NCBI GenBank assembly: GCA_902524285.1
Contig: CABZCR010000001.1
Coordinates: forward strand, 81,774 to 145,773
Reading direction: 5' to 3'
Source: an uncultured Pelagibacteraceae bacterium
Lineage (GTDB): Bacteria; Pseudomonadota; Alphaproteobacteria; Pelagibacterales; AG-422-B15
Length of the DNA stretch: 64,000 nucleotides
Numbering within the stretch: the stretch's first letter is position 1; every line of letters starts with the position of its first letter. Of this stretch, positions 46,559-57,280 are shown one piece after another. The translations under genes and the position numbers were made by a program. Under the pieces are notes generated by a model. That model did no database searches and was not told the origin of the DNA. It worked only from the letters and a program-made list of their open reading frames with translations.

Positions 46559-47725
46559 ATGACCAATGTTCTTCCGACATACCCTAGATCAAACTTAGAA
46601 TTTACTCATGGAGCTGGTAGCTATTTGTATACAAAATCAGGGGAGAAGTTTTTAGATTTTGGTACAGGAATAGCAGTTAATTCCCTAGGTTACTCAAATC
46701 CATACCTAAACGATAAATTAAAAGAACAAATTGATAAATTATGGCATTTATCAAATGTATATCAGATACCAGAACAAGAAAAACTCGCAAAAAGATTATG
46801 TGATAATTCTTTCGCAGATTATGTATTCTTTTGTAATTCAGGGACTGAAGCTATTGAGGCAAGCATAAAAATTGCTAGAAGATATTTTCACAGTTCAGAA
46901 AATTTGTCACATAAAACAGAAATCTTAAGTTTTTCAGGATCATTTCATGGCAGAACAATAGGGGCACTTGCAGCGGGAGGTCCAGACAAACTCAGCTCTT
47001 TTAATACCAAAGTAAATGATTTTAAATTTCTTGAATTTGGTGATCATGAGCAACTTCAAAATTCAATAAGTGAAAAAACTGCTGCAGTAATTATTGAGCC
47101 AATACAAGGTGAGGGCGGGATAAGAGAAGTTCCTAGGCAATGCCTTGAAGGATTAAGAAAAATTTGTGATGAAAATAACTGCCTTCTAATCTTTGATGAA
47201 GTGCAATGCGGTATGGGTAGAACAGGAAAGTTATTTGCATATGAATGGTCTGAAGTAAATCCAGATATTATGACAATAGCTAAAGCTATTGGAAATGGTT
47301 TTCCATTAGGTGCATGCCTGACATCAAAAAAAGTTGGTGAAAAAATGGATTTTGGTTCGCATGGTTCAACTTTCGGTGGTAATCCACTTGCATGTACAGT
47401 CGGAAATGCTGTTTTAGATATAATGCTAAAAGACAAATTCTTTAGTGAAATTAATTTTGTTGCAAAAAAACTCTATGAAGGACTTCAAAATGTGATTTCT
47501 GATTTTCCAAGCGTTATTGAAAATATCAGAGGAAGAGGATTTATTTTAGGGCTAAAGTGTAAAGTTGAAAATGATAAGTTTGTTAATCTAGCAAGAGAAA
47601 AATATATCCTAACTGTAAAAGCGTCAGACAATGTAGTAAGACTTTTGCCTCCGATAAATCTTACATTAACCGAATGCGATGAAGCAATAGATAAAATAAG
47701 AGCTACTTGCAAGGAGTTAAAATAA
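46559..47725 (+). CDS. argD: acetylornithine aminotransferase
   Basis: 388 aa class III aminotransferase with NSGTEAIEA, FDEVQCGMGRTG and TIAKAIGNGFP. Confidence 0.9.
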   Translation: MTNVLPTYPRSNLEFTHGAGSYLYTKSGEKFLDFGTGIAVNSLGYSNPYLNDKLKEQIDKLWHLSNVYQIPEQEKLAKRLCDNSFADYVFFCNSGTEAIEASIKIARRYFHSSENLSHKTEILSFSGSFHGRTIGALAAGGPDKLSSFNTKVNDFKFLEFGDHEQLQNSISEKTAAVIIEPIQGEGGIREVPRQCLEGLRKICDENNCLLIFDEVQCGMGRTGKLFAYEWSEVNPDIMTIAKAIGNGFPLGACLTSKKVGEKMDFGSHGSTFGGNPLACTVGNAVLDIMLKDKFFSEINFVAKKLYEGLQNVISDFPSVIENIRGRGFILGLKCKVENDKFVNLAREKYILTVKASDNVVRLLPPINLTLTECDEAIDKIRATCKELK

Positions 47726-48633
47726 TGAAAAATTTCATAGATATAAAAGAACTTTCAAAGAGTGAGTTAACTAGCTTATTAGATGATGCCTTGCAAAATA
47801 AGAGGTCAAAAACAACAATACAGAATCATCTGAATGGTAAAAACCTAGTTTTATTTTTTGAAAAAAAATCTACCAGAACAAGGTTATCATTTGATATTGC
47901 AATAAAACAATTGGGCGGTTCCACAACAATTTTAAATAAAGAAGATATTCATCTGGGTAATGACAAAGAAAGCGTAAGTGATACTATTAACACTTTTGGA
48001 CTATATGCTGATGGACTTATTCTTAGGGTCAACGATCATAAAACTATAATGAGTGCTTCCAAGCTATCTCATTTGCCTGTGATAAATGCACTATCAAATT
48101 TATCACATCCTTGTCAGTGCCTGGCTGGACTGATGACGTTATTAGAGGAGAGGGGCAGTTTAGAAAAATTGAATATTGTTTGGATGGGACCTATTACAAA
48201 TGTAGCAAATTCTTGGATTGAGGCTTTTAAAAAAGAATTAGGCTTCTCACTAAATATTTTTTGTCCGGAGGCATGGTTTGAAAAGTATAAAAAAAAAATG
48301 AAGGAATACGACATTTCAACTGATCTCGATGATATCGTACATCATCATATAAATGGCCAAATTCTTGCTCATGCTGATGCCGTGATGACAGATACTTGGA
48401 AATCAATGGGAGAGGATACAAAAAATCAGGATTATGATTTAATGAAAGAATTCAGAGTTACCGAAAAGATTATGAATATGGCTAAACCGGACAGTGTTTT
48501 TATGCACTGTCTTCCAGCAAACAGAAATGAGGAAGTTGAAGCAAGTGTGATAGATGGAAATAATTCAAGGGTTTGGCATGAAGCGAGCAATAGACTGTTT
48601 GTTCAAAAAGAAATTTTAAAAGTAATATTTTAA
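47725..48633 (+). CDS. argF: ornithine carbamoyltransferase
   Basis: STRTR, HPCQ, DTWKSMG and HCLPA motifs. I set the start at the ATG at 47725, which has AAGGAG upstream and a TAATG overlap with the argD stop. Confidence 0.9.
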   Translation: MKNFIDIKELSKSELTSLLDDALQNKRSKTTIQNHLNGKNLVLFFEKKSTRTRLSFDIAIKQLGGSTTILNKEDIHLGNDKESVSDTINTFGLYADGLILRVNDHKTIMSASKLSHLPVINALSNLSHPCQCLAGLMTLLEERGSLEKLNIVWMGPITNVANSWIEAFKKELGFSLNIFCPEAWFEKYKKKMKEYDISTDLDDIVHHHINGQILAHADAVMTDTWKSMGEDTKNQDYDLMKEFRVTEKIMNMAKPDSVFMHCLPANRNEEVEASVIDGNNSRVWHEASNRLFVQKEILKVIF

Positions 48634-50085
48634 TTATTTCTTCCAAAAGGTAGGATGAAAGATAACTAATACAGTTAAGATCTCTAATCTCCCTAATAAC
48701 ATTGAGAATATAAGTATCCACTTAGCAGGATCAGAAACTGCATAAAAAGAATTTTCTGGACCTATTGTGGCTCCAAGTCCTGGCCCAACATTGGCAAGAG
48801 AAGTCGCAGCTGCAGATAATGAAGTTACAAAGTCAAGCTCAGTCATAGATAAAAGCAGAGTAATAGTTATGAAACTGAGTATGAATATAAAGAAGAAACT
48901 CATGACTGAAGATGTTACTTCGTCCTGAATTTTTCTATGATTATAGTGTGGAACAAATACACCATGGGGATGTAAGAGCTTTTGAATTTGTATTTTTAAA
49001 GTTTCAAATAATATCTGAAATCTAAAAACCTTGATCCCGCAAGTAGTTGAACCAGCACAGCCACCAATAAACATGCCAAAGAAAAGTAAGTAAATTGGAA
49101 ATGGTCCCCACAAATTGTAATTATCGGAAGTATAACCTGTTCCAGTAATAATTGAGACAACATTAAATGCGCCATACCTTAAAGACTGTTCAAAATTTTT
49201 AATATCAAATATCCATAAGTAAGAAATTACTAATAAAGAGCTTACCAAAATTATGATTAAAAAAGTTTTTATTTGAGTATCTCTAAAAAAACTTTTGATA
49301 CCATTACGTGTAACCTCAAGATAAATTAAAATTGGAAGGCTACTTAAAATCATAAATAAGATTGCAATGTATTCCGTTGACCGATTATCAAAGCTAGCGA
49401 AGGAGTCATTCCTTGTTGAAAAGCCACCTGTAGCTATCGTTGTCATTGAATGAACTAAAGATTCAAAAAGTCTCATGCCGCTTAACCAGTAAGATATGAA
49501 ACAAACAACGGTTAATGATAAGTATATTATGATTACCGCAAAAGAGACCTGCGCAGTTCTTGGTAAGATCTTTTCAGTTGTATCTGATGATTCTGTTCTG
49601 AAGACCTGCATACCTCCGACTTGCAACACAGGAAGTATGCTAATAGCCATGACTATTATACCGACTCCTCCGATCCATTGGAGAAGTCCTCGCCAAAGCA
49701 GAATACCCTCAGGCATAGACTTAATGTCGCTAAGAATTGTCGATCCTGTTGTTGTAATGCCAGACATAGACTCAAAAATTGAGTCTATGAAACTAATATT
49801 AAGATTTGCTAAAAAGAAAGGCAGGGAACCAAAAATACAAATAAAGACCCAGGATAAAGTAGTAATTAAAAATGCATCTTGAGTTTGGATTTTATTTTCT
49901 GCAGCATTTCTAGTTGAAATAAAAAAAGTAATACCAAATCCTAGAGTAATTATTGAGCTGATTATGAATGATTGCCATGTTTCATTGTTAAAAGCTAGGT
50001 CCAGAAATGCTGGTATTAGTAATATAAAACTTAATGCAATCAGCAAATAACCTAATACATTAAGTATTATTTTAAAATTTATCAT
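48634..50085 (-). CDS. trkH: potassium uptake protein TrkH
   Basis: 483 aa with repeated M1-P-M2 units carrying GTGY/TTGS/ATGGFS-type selectivity loops. Confidence 0.9.
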   Translation of the reverse strand: MINFKIILNVLGYLLIALSFILLIPAFLDLAFNNETWQSFIISSIITLGFGITFFISTRNAAENKIQTQDAFLITTLSWVFICIFGSLPFFLANLNISFIDSIFESMSGITTTGSTILSDIKSMPEGILLWRGLLQWIGGVGIIVMAISILPVLQVGGMQVFRTESSDTTEKILPRTAQVSFAVIIIYLSLTVVCFISYWLSGMRLFESLVHSMTTIATGGFSTRNDSFASFDNRSTEYIAILFMILSSLPILIYLEVTRNGIKSFFRDTQIKTFLIIILVSSLLVISYLWIFDIKNFEQSLRYGAFNVVSIITGTGYTSDNYNLWGPFPIYLLFFGMFIGGCAGSTTCGIKVFRFQILFETLKIQIQKLLHPHGVFVPHYNHRKIQDEVTSSVMSFFFIFILSFITITLLLSMTELDFVTSLSAAATSLANVGPGLGATIGPENSFYAVSDPAKWILIFSMLLGRLEILTVLVIFHPTFWKK

Positions 50086-50095
50086 TCTTAAGATT

Positions 50096-50701
50096 TTAAT
50101 TTTTTTTGAGAATTGATCCTTGGTTGATCATGCTATAGAATTCTCTTCTTGTAGAAGCATCAGTTCTAAACTTACCTAATAATTGACTAGTAACCATTGA
50201 AATACCTGGTGTACCAACACCTCGTGTAGTCATACATTGATGTTGAGCCTCGACAACTACAGCAACACCTTTTGGCTTCAAGACTTCTTGTATACAATTT
50301 GCAATTTGCGCTGTGAGTTTTTCTTGGATCTGCATTCTTTTCATGTATATCCTTGTAATTCTAGCAAGTTTACTAATACCCACTACTCTTTTATTTGGAA
50401 GATATGCAACATGCGCTGAACCAATGAATGGTGCGATGTGGTGTTCACAGTGAGACTCAATCCTAATGTCTCTGAGCATTATTATCTCGTCATATCCCTC
50501 AAGTTCATCGAAAGTTTTTTTTAATACTTCCTTTGGGTCTTCTCTATAACCTGCAAACCAGTCCTCGTAAGCTTTCACAACTCTTTTTGGTGTTTCAAGC
50601 ACTCCTGGGCGTTTAACATCTTCACCCACGAATGCCATAAGGGTTTTAACGGCATCTTCTGCTTGTTGCCTTGTTGGTTTGACTGCTTTTCTTTTTTTCA
50701 T
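50096..50701 (-). CDS. folE: GTP cyclohydrolase I (FolE type 1)
   Basis: 201 aa with [11 protein letters not shown] and QEKLTAQIA. Confidence 0.95.
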   Translation of the reverse strand: MKKRKAVKPTRQQAEDAVKTLMAFVGEDVKRPGVLETPKRVVKAYEDWFAGYREDPKEVLKKTFDELEGYDEIIMLRDIRIESHCEHHIAPFIGSAHVAYLPNKRVVGISKLARITRIYMKRMQIQEKLTAQIANCIQEVLKPKGVAVVVEAQHQCMTTRGVGTPGISMVTSQLLGKFRTDASTRREFYSMINQGSILKKN

Positions 50702-50724
50702 AATGCAGTGTGAGTACTATATGA

Positions 50725-50747
50725 AAAACTATAAAATTTATAGTTTT
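50725..50747. promoter_or_regulatory. perfect 23-bp palindrome AAAACTATAAA-A-TTTATAGTTTT
   Basis: 11-bp arms at 50725-50735 and 50737-50747 around a single central base, in the divergent folE/lysK spacer. Confidence 0.5.
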
Positions 50748-50848
50748 ATTATTTGATAGATTTATTAATCAGTAAATTTAAATAATTATCATCAAAAAAT
50801 TGTTTATTTTTCAGCGAATTGTACGATATATATGCTAATGTCAATATC

Positions 50849-52414
50849 ATGTTACTAAATAGCGAAATTAGTGAAAACTCTAAAGCCTGGCCAATTTTGG
50901 AAGCTAGAAAGATTATTAATCAAATCCAAAAAAAAAATAAGAAAAAAATAAGACTTCAAACTGGTTATGGACCAAGCGGGCTTCCACACATTGGGACATT
51001 CGGAGAGGTTGCAAGGACCACTATGGTGCTGAATGCTATAAAAGCGTTATCTGACTATGAAGTTGAATTGATTGCTTTTTCTGATGATATGGATGGATTA
51101 AGAAAAGTTCCTGATAATGTTCCAAATCAGGAAATTTTGGAAAAAAATTTACACAAACCACTTACGTCCATTCCGGATCCCTTTGAAACATCCAAGAGTT
51201 TTGGAAACCATAACAATGAAATGTTACAAGAGTTTCTTGATAAGTTTGGGTTTAAATATTCGTTTAAGAGTGCGACAGAGCTTTATAAATCGGGTTTTTT
51301 TAACGACCAATTAATTAAAGTTTTGAATTCTTATGATCTGATTAAAAAAATAATATTACCTACACTAGGAGAGGAAAGAAAAAAAACGTACAGCCCATTT
51401 TTGCCGATTTGCCCAGAAACAGGACATGTACTCGAAGTTGAAATTATTTCAATTAATACTGAAAAAAATACGATTGTTTATCTTCAGAACAATAAGGAAA
51501 TCGAACAGTCAATTTTAGATGGTAATTGCAAACTACAATGGAAAGTGGACTGGGCAATGAGGTGGTGTGCTCTAGATATTGATTATGAAATGTATGGTAA
51601 AGACTTGATACCAACTTTTCAACTTTCATCCAAAGTATGCCGTACATTAGGACATCAACCTCCTGAAAATTATTTCTATGAGTTGTTTCTAGATCAAAAT
51701 GGTGAAAAAATTTCAAAATCAAAGGGAAATGGTTTGAGTATTGAAGAATGGTTATCTTATGCGCCTAAGGAAACATTAAGCTACTTTATGTACCAAAACC
51801 CAAGACGAGCAAAAAAACTATTTCTGGATGTTATTCCCAAATCAGTTGATGAATTTTTGAATCATCTAAATAAATTTAATGATCAAAATGATGATGAAAA
51901 AATTGAAAATCCAGTTTGGCACATCATGAATAGTCAAAATTATATTGGTTCGATACCAATATCCTTCAATTTAATATTAAATTTAGTTTCAGCTAGTGGA
52001 AAAAATGATCCAGAATTCATTCTTGATTTTATAAAAAAATATGATGGTTCCATTATCAATTCTGATCATAATTTCATGTTAGAGTTAATAACTGGAGCAA
52101 TTTCATTTGAACAGAATGTTAATGCTGACAAAATTCAGTATAAAGTACCTAATGAAGAGGAGAAAAATATTTTTTTAGATTTAATTAATCGAATTGATAT
52201 TTTGCCAGATAATGTTGATGCTGAGACTATACAGACTGAAATATATCAAATTGGAAAAGATCATAATTTCGATAATTTAAGGGACTGGTTCAAACTTATC
52301 TATCAAGTTCTATTTGGTAAGAGTGACGGACCAAGATTCGGCACATTTATTGCTATTTACGGCATTAAAGAAACCATACAGCTCATCAGAGAAAGAATAA
52401 AAGTGAGTACGTGA
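50849..52414 (+). CDS. lysK: lysine--tRNA ligase, class I
   Basis: HIGH-type motif PHIGTFGE and KMSKS-type KISKSKG. I prefer the ATG at 50849 over the TTG at 50819. Confidence 0.9.
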   Translation: MLLNSEISENSKAWPILEARKIINQIQKKNKKKIRLQTGYGPSGLPHIGTFGEVARTTMVLNAIKALSDYEVELIAFSDDMDGLRKVPDNVPNQEILEKNLHKPLTSIPDPFETSKSFGNHNNEMLQEFLDKFGFKYSFKSATELYKSGFFNDQLIKVLNSYDLIKKIILPTLGEERKKTYSPFLPICPETGHVLEVEIISINTEKNTIVYLQNNKEIEQSILDGNCKLQWKVDWAMRWCALDIDYEMYGKDLIPTFQLSSKVCRTLGHQPPENYFYELFLDQNGEKISKSKGNGLSIEEWLSYAPKETLSYFMYQNPRRAKKLFLDVIPKSVDEFLNHLNKFNDQNDDEKIENPVWHIMNSQNYIGSIPISFNLILNLVSASGKNDPEFILDFIKKYDGSIINSDHNFMLELITGAISFEQNVNADKIQYKVPNEEEKNIFLDLINRIDILPDNVDAETIQTEIYQIGKDHNFDNLRDWFKLIYQVLFGKSDGPRFGTFIAIYGIKETIQLIRERIKVST

Positions 52415-53454
52415 TGAGTTTGTTAACTGGTTTGCTTCAACTTTTGCCACCTGAGACTGCTCATAACTTCACAATTCAGTTAACAAAATATGGAAGCTCC
52501 TTACTAGGTCCAGGTTTTAGGGATCAAAGTTTGCATACAAATATAAAAGGACTAAGTTTCAGTAACCCACTAGGTATGGCTGCTGGTTTTGATAAAAATG
52601 CTGAATTAATAGATCCTTTATTAAAGATTGGATTTGGATTTGTGGAATGTGGGACTGTTACACCATTGCCACAATTTGGAAATTCAAAGCCAAGAGTTTT
52701 TAGATTAAAACAGGATAATGCTATAATTAATAGATTAGGCTTTAACAACAAAGGAGAAAAGAGATTTGTAAAGAATCTTATGTCTGCGAAAAAGACAGGT
52801 ATTGTTGGATCAAATATTGGACCAAATAAAAACTCTAAAAATTTTATTGATGATTATCTAAAAATTTACAGAAAGATTTCAGCTTCTTGTGATTACGTTA
52901 CCATTAATGTTTCATCTCCAAATACTGAAGCCCTACGTGAATTACAAAGAAAAGAGTATCTTGAAATTCTTTTAAGAGAAGTATCTCAAATTAGGGATCA
53001 GGAAAAAAATAGAAAACCTATCATGTTAAAAATTGATCCAGATAATACAAATGATCACTACAGTATGATCCTTAATCTTGTTGATAAATATAAAATTGAT
53101 GGAATTATTGCTACAAATACTTCACTTTCAAGGCCAGAAATTTTACGAGATCTCAATAAGAAAAGAGAAGGTGGGTTATCTGGCACTCCGTTAAAAGATT
53201 TATCAGATAAAGTTTTAAAATTTTTATATCAAGAGACTAATCAAGAAATCATTTTAATTGGTGTAGGCGGAGTTAGCAGCGCATTAGACGTATATAATAA
53301 AATCAAACTAGGTGCATCTTTAGTACAATTGTATACTTCACTCACTTATGGTGGCCCGCAAATAATAAATAAGATTTTGATTGATCTTGTTAAACTAATC
53401 AAAGATGATGGATTTATAAATATTTCAGAAGCTGTCGGTGTAAATAATAAATGA
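52411..53454 (+). CDS. pyrD: dihydroorotate dehydrogenase (quinone), class 2
   Basis: 347 aa with GFGFVECGTVTP, NRLGFNN and VNVSSPNT. Confidence 0.9.
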   Translation: MMSLLTGLLQLLPPETAHNFTIQLTKYGSSLLGPGFRDQSLHTNIKGLSFSNPLGMAAGFDKNAELIDPLLKIGFGFVECGTVTPLPQFGNSKPRVFRLKQDNAIINRLGFNNKGEKRFVKNLMSAKKTGIVGSNIGPNKNSKNFIDDYLKIYRKISASCDYVTINVSSPNTEALRELQRKEYLEILLREVSQIRDQEKNRKPIMLKIDPDNTNDHYSMILNLVDKYKIDGIIATNTSLSRPEILRDLNKKREGGLSGTPLKDLSDKVLKFLYQETNQEIILIGVGGVSSALDVYNKIKLGASLVQLYTSLTYGGPQIINKILIDLVKLIKDDGFINISEAVGVNNK

Positions 53455-54065
53455 ATAAAACCCTTAATCTTCCTTTTAACAAAAGAAAGAGGCAGCTTAA
53501 CAAGCAACAGAATCGTGACTCTATAATTTTAGCTTCAAGAAAAGTTTTTACTGAAAGGGGTCTTGATAATTCTAATGTAAGGGAGATTGTATCTAGGGCT
53601 GGTTTAGGTTCTGGAACATTTTATAATTACTTTGATGATAAAGTTGAAGTTTTTTTAGTTATTGTAAATAGGCTTATTAATGAATTTAGTAACTTTATCA
53701 TTCCTGAAATTAATAAAGCTAAAACCTTTGATGAATTAGTAAGTATTGCTTTTAATAGTTGGTTTAATTGGATATCTAATGATGCAGAAAATTATATTTT
53801 TTTCAAAAATAATAAGAAATATATATTAGATCTTAAGTGGTTGGGTCAAAATTCGAGAGAATACCAGAATTTTAATAAAAAACTGCTAGAAGTAACAGTA
53901 AATATTTCAAAAATTATTAAATTTCCTCAAAACGATATTTCACTTATGGTAACATCTGTCATTGCCGTTAGTGTTAATCTTGGCGACCAATTATTGGAAA
54001 GAAATGATTTGAAACCGTCTGAGGTAAGCTTATTTGCAACTAAATTATTTTTAAAAGGACTATAA
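53451..54065 (+). CDS. TetR/AcrR family transcriptional regulator
   Basis: 204 aa with N-terminal HTH ASRKVFTERGLDNSNVREIVSRAGLGSGTFYNYF. Confidence 0.8.
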   Translation: MNKTLNLPFNKRKRQLNKQQNRDSIILASRKVFTERGLDNSNVREIVSRAGLGSGTFYNYFDDKVEVFLVIVNRLINEFSNFIIPEINKAKTFDELVSIAFNSWFNWISNDAENYIFFKNNKKYILDLKWLGQNSREYQNFNKKLLEVTVNISKIIKFPQNDISLMVTSVIAVSVNLGDQLLERNDLKPSEVSLFATKLFLKGL

Positions 54066-54071
54066 CTTAAG

Positions 54072-54875
54072 ATGACAAAAAGTATTTTTATTACAGGTGC
54101 AGCATCGGGAATCGGGAAGGCAACTGCAATGTCGTTTGCTAAAAATGGATGGAATGTAGGACTTTTTGATATTAATCAAGAAGGCTTGAAAGAAGTAGCC
54201 GAAATCATTGGTCATAATAGATGTATGTATCAAAAGCTAGATGTAACAAATATTGAAGATTGGATTGAAGCAGAGAAAAGTTTCTCACAGTATACAGGTA
54301 GTAGGTGTGATATATTTTTTAATAATGCAGGCATAGCAAACTTTGCAGGAGCATTTGAGGATATAAAAATTGAGGAAATGAGCAAAATAATTGATGTAAA
54401 CTTTAAAGGTGTTGTTAATGGATGTTTTACAATGCTTGAAATTTTGAAAAGTACGGAAAATAGCATGATACTTAACACAAGTTCAGTTGCGGGACTTATT
54501 ACAGCTCCAGGCATATCAGTTTATGGAGCAACAAAGCATGCCGTAAGCTCTCTAACTGAAAACCTTCGTATTGAGTTTGAGCGATATGGAATTAAAGTGT
54601 CTGAAATTAACCCTTGGTTTACCGAAACACCCATCTTAGATGCTGAAGCAGTTACTTCTGGCACAAAAAGTCAATTAGATCGTGAATTTGTAAATCAAAA
54701 AACAAAAGTTTATCCAGTTGAAAAGGTCGTAAGCTCAGTTTGGTCCGCTTATAATTCAAGTAGAATCCATCATCCAGTTGGATTTGAAGCAAAATTTGCA
54801 TCTTTTTTTATGAGACACCTTCCGTCACTCATAAGAGGTTTGAGCAAAAAGCTTTTTAAAGACTCTTTTATCTAG
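54072..54875 (+). CDS. SDR family oxidoreductase
   Basis: TGAASGIG, NNAG and YGATKHAV motifs. Confidence 0.85.
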   Translation: MTKSIFITGAASGIGKATAMSFAKNGWNVGLFDINQEGLKEVAEIIGHNRCMYQKLDVTNIEDWIEAEKSFSQYTGSRCDIFFNNAGIANFAGAFEDIKIEEMSKIIDVNFKGVVNGCFTMLEILKSTENSMILNTSSVAGLITAPGISVYGATKHAVSSLTENLRIEFERYGIKVSEINPWFTETPILDAEAVTSGTKSQLDREFVNQKTKVYPVEKVVSSVWSAYNSSRIHHPVGFEAKFASFFMRHLPSLIRGLSKKLFKDSFI

Positions 54876-55747
54876 ACAGACCTTTTTGCTTTATCAGCAT
54901 CATTTGAGGCTTTAATCATATTTCTGAGTTGTTCCCACTCCTGATCAGTTACATCTTTTAACATTTCATAGAAATTACCCGCATGATTTAACCATTGAGC
55001 CCCATCAATTGTAATGATTTCTCCAGTTAAGTAGTCAACTCCATCAGCCATTAAAAAAGTTGCTAAATTTGCGAGTTCACTGAGCTCTCCAGTTCTTTTC
55101 ATTGGAATTGACTCCATCATATTTGCGCCTTTGCCCCCTGGTGCTAATCTATCCCAAGCACCTTTGGTAGGAAATGGCCCAGGCGATATAGCATTTAATC
55201 TTATACCTCTATTCCCCCATTCAGCTGCAAGAGATCTTGTCATTGTTGCTAAACCAGATTTAGACATTGCTGATGGAACTGTATATGGTCCACTGCTATC
55301 AATCCATGTAGTTAATATAGAAATTATACTTCCATTTAAATTTTCAGCTAACCACCTTTTACCAATTGCATTTGTCATATAAAAGGTTCCATTGAAAACA
55401 ATATTAGAAATAGCAGTAAATGCTCTTGGAGATAAATCTTCTGTTCTCGAAATAAAATTCCCTGCAGCATTATTTAACAGCCCAGTTAGAGGCCCTTCGC
55501 TCCAAATTTCATCCACCATATCCTCTATAGCCTCAGGAACTTTGATATCACATGAGATCGATTTTACAGATCCCCCATGCATATCCATAAGCTCTTTAGC
55601 CGTTTCATCTAGTACTGACTTTCTTCTGCCACAGATATAGACATCAGCACCAAGTTCTAAATATCTTGTTGCCATAGCTTTGCCAAGTCCCGATCCTCCA
55701 CCGGAAACTAAAATTCTCTTATTTTTTAATAAATCTTTTTGAAACAT
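54872..55747 (-). CDS. SDR family oxidoreductase, 2,4-dienoyl-CoA reductase-like
   Basis: VSGGGSGLGKAM with overall DECR-type similarity. I set the start at the ATG at 55747, which has AGGAG 5 nt upstream just after the ccdA stop. The ORF-track TTG at 55765 is rejected. Confidence 0.75.
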   Translation of the reverse strand: MFQKDLLKNKRILVSGGGSGLGKAMATRYLELGADVYICGRRKSVLDETAKELMDMHGGSVKSISCDIKVPEAIEDMVDEIWSEGPLTGLLNNAAGNFISRTEDLSPRAFTAISNIVFNGTFYMTNAIGKRWLAENLNGSIISILTTWIDSSGPYTVPSAMSKSGLATMTRSLAAEWGNRGIRLNAISPGPFPTKGAWDRLAPGGKGANMMESIPMKRTGELSELANLATFLMADGVDYLTGEIITIDGAQWLNHAGNFYEMLKDVTDQEWEQLRNMIKASNDADKAKRSV

Positions 55748-55757
55748 ATTTACTCCT

Positions 55758-56489
55758 TTATCCAAATTGCGCTAAGAATGGAAAATACTTTATAAAAAAG
55801 AAAGCCAATTCTTGAATTCTATTTGTTAGTATCAGGATACCAAATAAAATTAGTAAAAGACCAGTAAAAATTTCGATTACCCTTATATAATTTCTTATCC
55901 TTGATAAAAATTTCATAAAGCCATTTATCGCATAGGCAGCTATTAAGAAAGGTATTCCTAAGCCAGCCGAATACAGCATCAACAAAATTATTCCATACGT
56001 TACTGTTTCTGAGCTTGCGGCTATTGATAAGACACTTCCTAGAATAGGTCCAATGCAAGGTGTCCATCCAAATGCAAATGACAAACCAATTACATAAGAG
56101 CCAACTACACCTGGTCGATAGTTCTCAATTTGGTATCTCATTTCCCTGTTTAAAAATGGTATTTGTACTATTTGCATAAAATGAATACCAAATATGATAA
56201 TTATTATTCCCCCAACAATACGTAAAATATCAAGATATTCATAAACCAAGCTGCTTAGTAAAGTTGCGGAAGCCCCCAGTATTACAAACACAGTTGAAAA
56301 CCCAAGTACAAAGCTTAATGAAAAATTAAAAACCTTTTTTTTAATTTCATCACCTTCACCCAATTGTAATTTATCTAAACTAGTTCCTGCCATAAAACAC
56401 AAATAACCAGGCACAATTGGTAATACACATGGGGAGAGAAAACTAAGGAGTCCAGCAAGAACTACATACAAATATGAAATTTCAGTCAC
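55758..56489 (-). CDS. ccdA: cytochrome c biogenesis / thiol-disulfide electron transporter CcdA (DsbD family)
   Basis: 243 aa with two conserved Cys motifs, LSPCVLPIVPGY and WTPCIGPILG. Confidence 0.85.
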   Translation of the reverse strand: MTEISYLYVVLAGLLSFLSPCVLPIVPGYLCFMAGTSLDKLQLGEGDEIKKKVFNFSLSFVLGFSTVFVILGASATLLSSLVYEYLDILRIVGGIIIIIFGIHFMQIVQIPFLNREMRYQIENYRPGVVGSYVIGLSFAFGWTPCIGPILGSVLSIAASSETVTYGIILLMLYSAGLGIPFLIAAYAINGFMKFLSRIRNYIRVIEIFTGLLLILFGILILTNRIQELAFFFIKYFPFLAQFG

Positions 56490-57280
56490 TATACTTTTTT
56501 AAATCTTTTAAATATTTCAGCACCACTCCAACCAATAATTATTGCAATAATTAAAGAAATCAATCCGTAAGAGAACGGATAGTTTTTTGAAATTGAATAG
56601 ATTGCCTCTTCTATTCCAACTCTAGTAACCATAAAGTTATATGAATATTCCTGTGATACTTCATTGTCTATAATTAGATAGAGATTAACATTGTATTCTC
56701 CGACAGGAACCGTATTAGGAATATCAATATATGATCTGAAGAGATTTCCATCAATTATTTCAATTTCATCAGATGCTTGTTTATACAAACTATCATTTTT
56801 TTTTGTTCTAATTAAAGCATTATAAAATTCTTCTTTTTCCTTTTCATTTATAACGCTGCCCCAATCAGTAGTCAGTGAGCTCCAATCAATCATCTCTGAT
56901 TTCTTTTTCTCTAGTAGTCCAATTTGATTATTCTCTAAAAATTCGTTCGTGAGTTCAGATGTACTTGAAAGGTAATAGAATCCTGGTACATCCCTGAAAG
57001 TTACACTTTTGGAATTTAACCAAAATCCAAAATATGAGTCTTTCTTTCTTAATGCAACATCCTCTAGAGGACCAACAACTTCGATAAGTATGTCACTCTT
57101 ACTATCCCTTGACTGAGATGGATCAGAAAAAAACGCCCCGAAAACAAGAAGTTCTTCACCTGAAAAATTTGCGTCTATATATATTTCTTCCTGATCTGAG
57201 CCAATAACAAGCGCAATTGATATTGAAGGCGTCAATACTCCAGTCAAAAAATAAAATAGAATAATTAATTGTTTGATCAT
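56489..57280 (-). CDS. Alph_Pro_TM (TIGR02186-like) conserved alphaproteobacterial protein
   Basis: 263 aa with a signal peptide or anchor, a large extracytoplasmic domain and one C-terminal TM segment. The neighbourhood with a TauE/DUF81 gene matches my recollection of this family. Confidence 0.55.
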   Translation of the reverse strand: MIKQLIILFYFLTGVLTPSISIALVIGSDQEEIYIDANFSGEELLVFGAFFSDPSQSRDSKSDILIEVVGPLEDVALRKKDSYFGFWLNSKSVTFRDVPGFYYLSSTSELTNEFLENNQIGLLEKKKSEMIDWSSLTTDWGSVINEKEKEEFYNALIRTKKNDSLYKQASDEIEIIDGNLFRSYIDIPNTVPVGEYNVNLYLIIDNEVSQEYSYNFMVTRVGIEEAIYSISKNYPFSYGLISLIIAIIIGWSGAEIFKRFKKV

